This document shows, piece by piece, positions 26,576-34,380 of a stretch of DNA of 64,000 nt. Position 1 is the first letter of the stretch; every line of letters begins with the position of its first letter. The notes beneath the pieces are model-generated. The model was not told the origin of the DNA, searched no databases, and saw only the letters and a program-made list of their open reading frames with translations. Origin of the DNA: Phycisphaerales bacterium (lineage in GTDB: Bacteria; Planctomycetota; Phycisphaerae; Phycisphaerales; UBA1924). The DNA is taken from contig JBGAHA010000011.1 of the NCBI GenBank assembly GCA_044226385.1, forward strand, positions 14,820-78,819, written 5' to 3'. A program made the translations under genes and the position numbers.

Positions 26576-27091
26576 TCAGCGCGTGATCCGCACCAGCGGC
26601 CGCAGCTTCTCGATCATCCTCGGGCCCACGCCCTTGACCTGATCGAGCTCCTCGATCGACCGGAATCCGCCTCGCCGCTCCCGGTACTCGATGATCCGCT
26701 GCGCCATCGTCGGCCCCACGCCCGGGAGCATCTCCAGCTCCGTCTGCGAAGCCCTGTTGAGATCGATCCGCACCGCCACGAGGTTGCGTGCAGAGCTTCC
26801 GCTCCCTCCCACGTTCCCAGCAGATCCGGCGTCGCCCAGGTTCCCGGCGGTGGGGGAGCTACTCGCGTGGTGCACCGGTGAAAGCGCCGGCGTGCGGAAA
26901 TACGACAGCCCGATCCCCGCGATCGAGGCGCCCACCAGCACGCCCACCGCGATCCACAGCGCGGACCCGTACACACCGGGTCGCGGCCCCTGGTCGGCGG
27001 CTGGCGTGGACGGCGCGGCGGCCGTGGGAGAATCCATGTCGAAAAGTGTACCGAGATTCGTCGCCCCCGCACGCCGGCCCCGGACCGCCAT
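26576..27091 (-). CDS. comEA: ComEA-family helix-hairpin-helix DNA-binding protein
   Basis: Membrane anchor 'ALWIAVGVLVGASIAGIGL'. Tandem HhH 'IDLNRASQTELEMLPGVGPTMAQRIIEYRERRGGFRSIEELDQVKGVGPRMIEKL'. The stop lies 1 nt from the mfd start. Start is ATG 27091 (or TTG 27097, or ATG 27037). Confidence 0.8.
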   Translation of the reverse strand: MAVRGRRAGATNLGTLFDMDSPTAAAPSTPAADQGPRPGVYGSALWIAVGVLVGASIAGIGLSYFRTPALSPVHHASSSPTAGNLGDAGSAGNVGGSGSSARNLVAVRIDLNRASQTELEMLPGVGPTMAQRIIEYRERRGGFRSIEELDQVKGVGPRMIEKLRPLVRITR

Positions 27092-27097
27092 GAACAA

Positions 27098-27125
27098 CGG
27101 GCGGGCCCGCTTCCGGACCCGCCCG
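27098..27125 (-). terminator. GC-rich hairpin between the FG-GAP protein gene and comEA (possible weak terminator)
   Basis: CGGGCGGG / CCCGCCCG 8-bp stem with an inner CCG/CGG extension. On the minus strand it is followed by UUGUUCAU, which is only moderately U-rich. Confidence 0.35.
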
Positions 27126-27159
27126 CACCACGCATGGTTTCATCCGGCTTGGCGCCTGA

Positions 27160-30100
27160 TCACAGCACGCTGACGTCCCAGTGATCGTGCGCCGCATCGA
27201 AGGCAAACTGCACGACCTCGCCCTCCACGTTGCTCGCCAGCACGAACAGCTGCGAGTTGGCGTTGGCAAAGCCCGTCACCTGGCCCACGAGCGAACTGGT
27301 GATCTCCGCGGGGGGCGTGATCTCCGCCACCTGCCACGTCTGCACGTTCAGCGACCAGCGGAAGATCGCCAGGTTCCCCTGCTCGGTCAGGCCGGCGACC
27401 ACGATGTCACCCGCGACGGAGCTGAACGACGACGCCGTGCCCGAGGCAAAGTCCGGCGCGTTGGCAAGCAACGTCATGTCGGTGACCTGCCAGTCGTACC
27501 CAGGCGCCCACCACAGCGCGATGGTGTGGCCCATCGCATCGGTTCCCAGCACGTTCACGCCGCCCCAGGGCGTCACCGATACGCTCACCGTCCCCACAAG
27601 CTTCTGTGCGCCGGTGATTTCCGTCAGGTTGCTGTAGACCCAGTGGTCGAGCCCCGGCGCCCACCACACGGCCGTCACGTCACCGTTGGCGTCCACGGCG
27701 ATGACGTTCATCCCGCCCCACGGGACCGAGTACGACTCGATGTCGCCGTTCCACGCGGGCTGGTCCTGTCCTGTCTGGGCGAGGTGCTCTCCGAGGTTGA
27801 CAAAGTTCCAGTTGAAGCCCGTGGAGCCTTCGGAGCCGTCCTGCCAGTAGGCGACGAGCTCTCCCTGGGCGTTCTTGCCGAAGATGTTGCTGTTTCCCCA
27901 GGGCGTGGTCAGCACGTCCAGGTCGTCGGAAGCGAAGGCCTCGGCGCCGGGGACGTCGTCGGTCAGGTTGCGTTCATGCCACGAGCCGTCCTCGTTGTTC
28001 ACGAACAGCATCAGGCCCTGGCTGGTCTGCCCCGCGGCGTACCGCCGCGCGTGCGCCCCCGCGCCCGAGCCCTGCTCGTGCTTCACCTCGTCCACCACCA
28101 CCAGATCCCCCTGGATCGCCGGAGCATCGTCGAACAGATCGTGCAGGTTGTACTCCGTCGATCCGCCCTGGCCGTCCTCCACCGTCACGATCGGCCGGCC
28201 CATCTCGTCCACCCGGGCCCGCGCTCGCCGACCATCGTTGTTGGTCGGTTCGTTGGGGTCGGTGTTGTTCACCTCCACCCGCGGAGACTTGATCGTGATC
28301 GCCAGCGGGTCCGACCGCTTGCCTTCCCGGCCTCCCACGGTGATCGACGCCGTCACCAGGTGCGTCCCGTCGGTCAGCACGGTCGTGCCGTCGGTCTGCA
28401 CGTACAGATGACCCTCGTCGCTGCGGACCAGGCCGCTGCCCAGCCGCACCCCGTCCACATAGAGGTTCACGAACATCCCGCGCTGCACGTCGTCCACCCG
28501 GAACGCGAGGGACCGGCCCGCGGCGTTGTTCAGCGGCGTGATGTTGTCCGAGTCGCTCGCCCCCAGGTCAAAGGCCGGTGCCAGGTCGGGCACGGCGGGA
28601 ACCGCCACGTCGTCGTACCCGTGATCCTCGCCCGAGTCTCCGCCGCCCGAGTCCCCGTTGCCGTGGTCGTCGGTGAAGGTGATGATGGTCACCGTGCCGT
28701 CCCCCGCGTTGGCGACGGCGATGCCGTCCCCGCCGCTGGCCGAGAAGATCCCCGGGGCGGCCCAGGAAGGCTGGTCTCCGACCTTGATCACGCCGAACAG
28801 GGTGACTTTGCCCTCGAGATCGATGCGGTGGCCGCTGATGGAATCCTCCCCGCGGCTGACGGTCATCAGCACGAACCCGAAGCCAGGCTTGAAGTAGCCC
28901 AGGGTGTGCACCGGCTGGTCCCCGACATTGATCGTGGACCCGCTCGTGAACGTGCCGCCGGACTGGCCCAGCAGGATGGACACCGTGTCGGAATCGGTGT
29001 TGGTCACGATCAGGTCGGCCCTCAGATCCCCGTTCACGTCGTTGACGACCACGCTCGACGGGCCCGCGCCCACCTGGTACGTCGCCGCCGCTTCGAACAG
29101 CCCCGAACCGCCCCCGGCGAAGTCGAAGTACATGTTCGAGGCCAGCAGCGTTGCGAGGAACGCGTCGATCGAGAAGTCCTCCGATCCTCCTCCTCCGCCC
29201 TCCCCGCCCCCGTTGCCTCCGGAATGACCGCCCGAGTCGTCCTCGAAGTTGCCGAAGAGCTCCTGCAGTTCCGCTTCTGAAGGCATCCGGTGCAGGTGGT
29301 GGTCAAAAATCCCCTTGAGCACGCTCGCCCGGTAATCGGGCGTGTCGATCAGGCCCTTGACGAAGTCTTCCCGGGAAAGTCCGCCGTTGATCAGCGCCGC
29401 CGCGGCCTGCGCGATCTGCGGGTCCACGGGGCGTCCCAGCAGATCCGCGTACACGTGGTTGACGAACGCGACGACGTTGCTCTCGGCCCGGGTGCTGAAG
29501 TACGCGCTGGATCCCAGCACGGCCTCCTTGACTTCCTCGATCTCGCCGCGCTGGGCAAACACGGCGGCGAGGGTCTGCATCTCCTGATCGGTTGGATTTC
29601 GCCCCATGTACTGGGTGAACAGGTGGCGAATCTGCGACTGGGAGAATTCCGTGCTGCCGATCAGCTGCGTCACCAGTTCAAGCCGGCCGCTCGCCCCCGC
29701 GTTCAGCAGCTCACCGGCCTGCGTCCGCTCCGGCGTGGTCGGCACGCGATCAAACAGGTCCCGGTACAGCCGCGTGATCAGCTCGTCGGTCCCGACGCTC
29801 GCGCGGTGGTTGAGCAGCACCGAGACCGTGCCGCCGGCATTGGTCGTGATGATGTCGGCCGCCCCGTCCTGGTTCACGTCCCGCGCAATCACGCTCGTCG
29901 GGCCGCTTCCAACGTCATAGCTCGCCGAGAGCTCGATCCCCGTCGGGTTCTCCGGGTCCCCCGTGTCGACGATCCGGTAGACCGCCGCGCGGTTCTGCGC
30001 GCTGAACGCGATCACAATCTCCATGCTGCCGTCGGCATTCAGGTGCGCCGGCGTCGCCGATGTGGCCCCCTCGGGCAACTGGATCCCTCCGTGGTCCACG

Positions 30101-30531
30101 AATCCGCCCTCACCATCGTTGGTGAGCAGCGCCAGGCGTCCGCCCGCCGCGTCCAGCGTGACCAGGTCGGGGGAGCCATCGTCGTTGATGTCCAGCGCCC
30201 AGGCTCGTGTGGGCGTCCCTCCGACGTCGTAGTTCACCGCGTCATGAAACCCGTTCGCCGAGTTGAGCAGCACCGAGAGCGTCCCCGCCCCGGCGTTGCT
30301 CGTCGCCACGTCCATCATCCCGTTGCCGTCAAAGTCGGCGACCACCACGGAGCTCGCCCCCGCCCCCGCGACCAGATCGATCCGCTCGAACCCATCCCCG
30401 CTCAGCAGCTTCCGGGCTTCCAGCGGCTGCACGTCGTGCGGCCCCATCGCCCGTCCCGCTCGCCGTCGCACGTCCCGCCCGGAAGAAGCGCCGCGAGCAT
30501 TCGTTGCGGGACCGGTCATCGCATGGGCCAT
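27160..30531 (-). CDS. Large secreted FG-GAP/VCBS-repeat protein with DUF4214-like segments and a C-terminal Trp-rich propeller-like repeat region
   Basis: N-terminal 'LEARKLLSG'. FG-GAP repeats ('VVADFDGNGMMDVATSN', 'DINDDGSPDLVTLD', 'DVNQDGAADIITTN', 'DVNGDLRADLIVTN'). DUF4214-like 'LYRDLFDRVPT', 'VNHVYADLLGRPVD'. Repeats of 'PWGGxNVxxxDAxGxxxAxWWAPG' in the last roughly 400 aa. Start at ATG 30531 (MAHAMTG); the ORF is open to 30687. Confidence 0.75.
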   Translation of the reverse strand: MAHAMTGPATNARGASSGRDVRRRAGRAMGPHDVQPLEARKLLSGDGFERIDLVAGAGASSVVVADFDGNGMMDVATSNAGAGTLSVLLNSANGFHDAVNYDVGGTPTRAWALDINDDGSPDLVTLDAAGGRLALLTNDGEGGFVDHGGIQLPEGATSATPAHLNADGSMEIVIAFSAQNRAAVYRIVDTGDPENPTGIELSASYDVGSGPTSVIARDVNQDGAADIITTNAGGTVSVLLNHRASVGTDELITRLYRDLFDRVPTTPERTQAGELLNAGASGRLELVTQLIGSTEFSQSQIRHLFTQYMGRNPTDQEMQTLAAVFAQRGEIEEVKEAVLGSSAYFSTRAESNVVAFVNHVYADLLGRPVDPQIAQAAAALINGGLSREDFVKGLIDTPDYRASVLKGIFDHHLHRMPSEAELQELFGNFEDDSGGHSGGNGGGEGGGGGSEDFSIDAFLATLLASNMYFDFAGGGSGLFEAAATYQVGAGPSSVVVNDVNGDLRADLIVTNTDSDTVSILLGQSGGTFTSGSTINVGDQPVHTLGYFKPGFGFVLMTVSRGEDSISGHRIDLEGKVTLFGVIKVGDQPSWAAPGIFSASGGDGIAVANAGDGTVTIITFTDDHGNGDSGGGDSGEDHGYDDVAVPAVPDLAPAFDLGASDSDNITPLNNAAGRSLAFRVDDVQRGMFVNLYVDGVRLGSGLVRSDEGHLYVQTDGTTVLTDGTHLVTASITVGGREGKRSDPLAITIKSPRVEVNNTDPNEPTNNDGRRARARVDEMGRPIVTVEDGQGGSTEYNLHDLFDDAPAIQGDLVVVDEVKHEQGSGAGAHARRYAAGQTSQGLMLFVNNEDGSWHERNLTDDVPGAEAFASDDLDVLTTPWGNSNIFGKNAQGELVAYWQDGSEGSTGFNWNFVNLGEHLAQTGQDQPAWNGDIESYSVPWGGMNVIAVDANGDVTAVWWAPGLDHWVYSNLTEITGAQKLVGTVSVSVTPWGGVNVLGTDAMGHTIALWWAPGYDWQVTDMTLLANAPDFASGTASSFSSVAGDIVVAGLTEQGNLAIFRWSLNVQTWQVAEITPPAEITSSLVGQVTGFANANSQLFVLASNVEGEVVQFAFDAAHDHWDVSVL

Positions 30532-30760
30532 CGAGGAAGCTCCTTGAACCGAGGGCAATCGACTCTTGAATATCCCATTTGAATCGGGCGGGCGGCCATC
30601 CACCTTCGTTCCCGGTCCTGGGAAGCAGAAAGTTCGTTCCCAGCGCCGGTGCCGCCCCGCGCAGGGCCGACCGCCGGCATCTCCCAAGAGGCGTCCGGAA
30701 GGAATCTGATCGGAAGAAGTAGAAAATCTGGCCGGTATGGGGTGTTTTCACCGGCGCCGG

Positions 30761-32374
30761 TTATCGGGACGTCTTGCCCGCCGGGATTACCGCTACCAGG
30801 GTCGCGAACGCGGTCCCAACCATCAGTCGCCACGGCGCCGCGAGCGTGGGGCACTCCAATCCCGGCCACCACCGCGGCATGATCCCCGGCTGCAGCAGTG
30901 TCACGACCACCAGGCCCGCGACCAGCGCGGCGATCGCCGAGGCCACCGTCCCTCGCCGCGTGAACAGGGCGGCGAAGAAAACGCCCAGCATCCCCGCGTA
31001 GGCAAAGCCCATGACCCCCAGCACAAAGTCCAGGATCGCCTCCCCGTTGGCCTGCTTCCACGGGATGCAGATCATCGCGAACGCGCCCAGCACCACGCCC
31101 CACCCCGCCGTCGACCATCGGCCCACCGACACGTAGTGCGCATCGCTCCGCCCCGGCCGCAGCGGCCGGTACACGTCCGAGACCAGCGTTGCGGCCATGG
31201 AATTGAGGGATGAATTGATCCCCGCCGGCCCCGCCGCCATCACGCCGGCGAGGACCAGCCCCGCCGCCCCCGCGGGCATTTCGTGCAGCGCGAACTTGAG
31301 GAAGACTTCCCCGGTGTCCCCCGTGAGGTACCCCGGCTCAGCCCGCCCGGTGATCTGCGGGCACTTGTAGAAGACCCAGAGCAGCAGCCCGATGACGGCG
31401 AAAACGAGCACGGTCGGGATGCTCATGAGCACGCCCGTCATCACCGACCAGCTTCCCTTGCGGGCGTTCTCGCAGGCGAGCAGGCGCTGCACCAGGTCCT
31501 GATCGGTGCCGTACGCGGCCAGCAGCAGCAGCGTCCACCCCGTGCAGACCGTGATCAATGTGTAAGGATCGGCGAAGCTGAACCCCCCCGGACCTTCCCA
31601 ACCCAGTGACAGGAACTGGAGCTTGGAGCCCCCCCCGGGCAGGCCGTGCCGGAGCGCGTCCACCACGGTGCTCGCCGGCGCGTGGATCCCGCCCCACAGC
31701 ACCGCGATCGTCACCACCGCCGCGCCCAGGTATACACCGACCTGGAGCACATCGGTCCAGATCACGCTCGTCAGGCCACCGGCGAGAGTGAAGAGCGTGC
31801 CAAATCCCATGAAGAAGAGAATCGCCAGGGACACGTGCGCGGCGGATGCATCACCGAAGACCGCCATGGAGACGGGGATTGATCCCACGAAGACGCGGGA
31901 ACCGCTCGCAAAGACCCGGCCCAGCATGTACGTCGCGCTCGCCGCGAGCTTGGCGCCCGCTCCGAAACGGTGCTCGAGCAGCTGATACGGCGTGCCGACG
32001 CCCAGCCGGTAATACGCGGGGATGAAGGCCCACGCCAGGATTACCGCCGCGAGGATCCCCCCCAGGTTGGTGGAGAGGTAGCGAAGGTCGCCCTTGTACG
32101 CCGTCTCCGGAACACCCAGCACCGTCGCCGCCGACTGCGCCGTCGCCAGGAACGACACCGCCACGGCCCACACGGGCATGTGCCCGCCGCCCTTGAAATA
32201 CGCCGCCGCATCGGTTCGCCGCGCCCGGACCGCGAACCACACCCCGGACCCGATCAGCAGCGCGAAATACCCGGCCAGCACCACCCAGTCCCAGGGTCCC
32301 AGCGTCGGATGGGCCGCCGCCCCCTGCCCGGGAAGATCCGGCGCTAGCGCAAGCGTCGGGGTAGCCCCAAACAC
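30761..32374 (-). CDS. Sodium:solute symporter (SSF) family transporter
   Basis: 537 aa with about 13 hydrophobic segments. SSF-like N-terminal region 'YFKGGGHMPVWAVAVSFLATAQSAATVLGVPETAYKGDLRYL'. Confidence 0.85.
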   Translation of the reverse strand: MFGATPTLALAPDLPGQGAAAHPTLGPWDWVVLAGYFALLIGSGVWFAVRARRTDAAAYFKGGGHMPVWAVAVSFLATAQSAATVLGVPETAYKGDLRYLSTNLGGILAAVILAWAFIPAYYRLGVGTPYQLLEHRFGAGAKLAASATYMLGRVFASGSRVFVGSIPVSMAVFGDASAAHVSLAILFFMGFGTLFTLAGGLTSVIWTDVLQVGVYLGAAVVTIAVLWGGIHAPASTVVDALRHGLPGGGSKLQFLSLGWEGPGGFSFADPYTLITVCTGWTLLLLAAYGTDQDLVQRLLACENARKGSWSVMTGVLMSIPTVLVFAVIGLLLWVFYKCPQITGRAEPGYLTGDTGEVFLKFALHEMPAGAAGLVLAGVMAAGPAGINSSLNSMAATLVSDVYRPLRPGRSDAHYVSVGRWSTAGWGVVLGAFAMICIPWKQANGEAILDFVLGVMGFAYAGMLGVFFAALFTRRGTVASAIAALVAGLVVVTLLQPGIMPRWWPGLECPTLAAPWRLMVGTAFATLVAVIPAGKTSR

Positions 32375-32566
32375 CGTGCGAACAATGAATGGAACGCTGC
32401 TGACGGGCGTAAGAAAGCCTCCAGAGAGCGGTCCACAGCGGCAACGGCCGGGACCATTGGATGGCTCATCGGGAGATCAGGGGCGGTTTCAAGAAAGGTG
32501 GGCCCGGCGAACGCGATCCGAAGGGCCTTTTGGCCGCCCCGAGGGGCATCGCGTCGCAGCAGGTTC

Positions 32567-32660
32567 AAAAAAACACTCGACCACGTGTTTCCGCCCGTGG
32601 TCGAGTGATAGGAGGAGGGGACAAGACTTGTCGAGGAACCCGGTTTCCCGGTTTCCCCTG
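32567..32660 (-). ncRNA. Candidate sRNA module 1 (diverged copy)
   Basis: Perfect 10-bp stem ctcgaccacg/cgtggtcgag with the conserved loop tgtttccgcc (32576-32605). It is preceded on the plus strand by aaaaaaa (a U7 tail on the minus strand). 'ataggaggagggg' follows on the plus strand (CU-rich on the minus strand). Confidence 0.5.
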
Positions 32661-32816
32661 GTAATCCCAACGTCTCGCGTCTCCGCAAACCGTCGAGCGT
32701 CTTACAAGGGTCTATCCGCAGCGACCTGCCCCCAGGTTCCACGCCAGATCAAAGTTTTTTTCGGTCGACGACCATGCCGACGCAACTGGCTGTTGCGCAA
32801 CGACTTAGAAGAATCG

Positions 32817-32909
32817 AAAAAACTCACCACCCGCGTTCCCTTCGTGGGATCAGGGGGTGGTGAGTTAAGCGGCGGAGAAATTCTGGCAACCGGTCGCAAC
32901 CGCTGCCAG
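32817..32909 (-). ncRNA. Candidate sRNA module 2 (most diverged copy)
   Basis: 10-bp stem ctcaccaccc/gggtggtgag (32823-32864) with a longer, different loop. It is preceded by aaaaaa on the plus strand (a U6 tail on the minus strand). 'gcggcggagaaa' follows, then a CTGGCA/TGCCAG hairpin at 32883-32909. Confidence 0.4.
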
Positions 32910-32915
32910 GGAACC

Positions 32916-32999
32916 AAGAAAGCTCGTCGCGTGTTTCCGCCCGCGGCGAGCTATAGGAGAAGAGGGACTCTGGTGATTCGCAACCCGTTCGGGTGCGAT
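32916..32999 (-). ncRNA. Candidate sRNA module 3 (diverged copy)
   Basis: Stem gctcgtcgcg/cgcggcgagc with the conserved loop tgtttccgcc (32922-32951), followed by 'tataggagaagaggg' and a second hairpin around 32979-32997. The U-tract is weaker (CUUUCUU on the minus strand). Confidence 0.4.
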
Positions 33000-33002
33000 T
33001 CG

Positions 33003-33083
33003 AAAACTCGACGCGTGTTTCCGCCCGCGGCGAGTTACAGGAGGAGAGAGACAAGAGACTGATCGGCCCTTTTCAGGGCCAGG
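33003..33083 (-). ncRNA. Candidate sRNA module 4 (81-nt unit)
   Basis: The minus strand reads CCUGGCCCUGAAAAGGGCCGAUCAGUCUCUUGUCUCUCUCCUCCUGUAACUCGCCGCGGGCGGAAACACGCGUCGAGUUUU. This gives a small hairpin, a CU-rich stretch, and a 9-bp GC-rich hairpin (33007-33034) followed by U4. Confidence 0.5.
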
Positions 33084-33164
33084 AAAACTCGACGCGTGTT
33101 TCCGCCCGCGGCGAGTTACAGGAGGAGAGAGACAAGAGGCTGATCGGCCCTTTTCAAGGCCAGG
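33084..33164 (-). ncRNA. Candidate sRNA module 5 (81-nt unit)
   Basis: Same architecture, with the main hairpin at 33088-33115. The small hairpin has one change (aggcc instead of gggcc), which gives a G-U pair only when read on the minus strand. Confidence 0.5.
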
Positions 33165-33245
33165 AAAACTCGACGCGTGTTTCCGCCCGCGGCGAGTTAC
33201 AGGAGGAGAGAGACAAGAGGCTGGTCGACCCTTTTCAGGGTCAGG
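33165..33245 (-). ncRNA. Candidate sRNA module 6 (81-nt unit)
   Basis: Main hairpin at 33169-33196. The small hairpin carries a compensatory double change (gaccc/gggtc instead of ggccc/gggcc), which preserves pairing. Confidence 0.5.
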
Positions 33246-33326
33246 AAAACTCGACGCGTGTTTCCGCCCGCGGCGAGTTACAGGAGGAGAGAGACAAGAG
33301 GCAGGTGAGCGGCCGGGTTTCCCCGT
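33246..33326 (-). ncRNA. Candidate sRNA module 7 (81-nt unit, first in minus-strand order)
   Basis: Main hairpin at 33250-33277 with the same CU-rich segment. Sequence on the 5' side (minus-strand sense) diverges from the other units. Confidence 0.45.
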
Positions 33327-33580
33327 TTCACTCGATTCAACCGTTCAGTCGTTCCCGTCTGGTCGGTCGTTCGTCTTGACGACCCAAAGGTGCCACAGGA
33401 ATGCGGATGTGCAACCGCACAGGCGGATTTTTCTGCATACCCCGCGCAGACTCGTCACAACGTGTGGATGTCACAGGGTTTAGAACAATCGCTGCCGGCA
33501 CCATTGGTGCCGCTGGCCCCACGGCCGCGAGGTATTTCGTGCTTGGCGGTGGTCGGCCCGCCCGGTCCGCGGTCCCCCGC

Positions 33581-34258
33581 TCAGGCGGGCACGAACGGGT
33601 TATCGCGCCTCTCCACCCCGACGGTGGTGGGTCCCCCGTGGCCGGGCAGGCACGTCGTCTCCGGGGGAAGCGTGTACAGGCGCGTGCGGATCGACCGCTC
33701 CAGCGTCTCAAAGTCCCCGCCCGGCAGGTCCGAGCGGCCGACGGAGCCGGCGAACAGCGTGTCCCCAACGAAGGCCGTCGCCGACGGGGCGTGGTAGAGG
33801 GTGATGCCCCCGGGCGAGTGTCCGGGCGTGTGCATCACCTTCCAGATGTGGGCGCCCAGCACCAGATCGTCCCCGTCCTGGAGCAGGCGGGCGGCGTCGG
33901 GCACGGTGAAGGGATGGCCCGCCCCGTCGCTGAGATTGAGCAGCGGGTTGCCGAGCCAGCCCGCTTCCGCCTTGTGAATCCAGATCGGAAGGTCTGGAAA
34001 TGCCTTCCGAACGTCACCGATCCCGCCAATGTGGTCGACATGGGCGTGCGTGAGCACAATGGCCGACGGGGTGAAGCGTTCGGTCTTGATATCGTGCAGC
34101 ACCTTTGCCGGTCCGAAGCTGGGGTCCACGATCCAGCACTGGCGGGTGCCGGGATCGGCAACCAGGTAGGTGTTGGTCTGCCAGGGTCCCAGCGGATACC
34201 CGCGGATCCACGGGATCCCGGGCGCAGGGGTGAGCGGGGACGAAGGGGCTTCTGGCAT
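33581..34258 (-). CDS. MBL-fold metallo-hydrolase (hydroxyacylglutathione hydrolase-like)
   Basis: 'IVLTHAHVDHIGG' (HxHxDH motif), 'MHTPGHSPGG', 'GDTLFAGSVGRSDLPGGD'. Confidence 0.85.
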   Translation of the reverse strand: MPEAPSSPLTPAPGIPWIRGYPLGPWQTNTYLVADPGTRQCWIVDPSFGPAKVLHDIKTERFTPSAIVLTHAHVDHIGGIGDVRKAFPDLPIWIHKAEAGWLGNPLLNLSDGAGHPFTVPDAARLLQDGDDLVLGAHIWKVMHTPGHSPGGITLYHAPSATAFVGDTLFAGSVGRSDLPGGDFETLERSIRTRLYTLPPETTCLPGHGGPTTVGVERRDNPFVPA

Positions 34259-34380
34259 CCGTCGATGCTAGGTACACTGGCTCGGAACGACCGTGTTGGA
34301 GCGGGCGACGGGATCCACGAAGGACCGGCCCGGGGACGTGTTGGGACGGGACGGGCCGACCTCCCGGCTCGCAAGCGGAG

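Larger units (their letters stand above)
32567..33326 (-). repeat. Array of seven tandem RNA-like modules (four near-identical 81-nt units at 33003-33326 plus three diverged copies)
   Basis: Direct reading: the 81-nt period is exact, with 'ctcg' of the main hairpin at 33007, 33088, 33169 and 33250. Diverged copies have their hairpins at 32576-32605, 32823-32864 and 32922-32951. The region has a visibly lower GC content than its surroundings and lies in the gap between the MBL hydrolase and symporter genes. Confidence 0.9.

Noticed and set aside
23530-26586. 1018-aa ORF antisense to mfd
   Set aside because: It is an Arg/Pro/His-rich translation with no recognisable motifs, while the opposite strand encodes a complete Mfd. 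Long antisense ORFs are expected in very GC-rich DNA.
32567-33326. CRISPR array
   Set aside because: The periodicity is regular, but the whole 81-nt unit, including what would be the 'spacer', is conserved between copies. The diverged copies change in the hairpin stems with compensation. No cas genes are present in the window.
32993-33379. 128-aa ORF encoding a 27-aa tandem repeat protein (ENSTRVSARGELQEERDKRLIGPFQGQ)
   Set aside because: The open frame is a by-product of the 81-nt (3x27) period. It starts at a GTG with no upstream signal and uses codons that are rare for this genome (TTA, AGA, GTT, CGT, TTT, GAA). The three diverged copies upstream fall outside it. Differences between copies preserve base pairing rather than amino acids.
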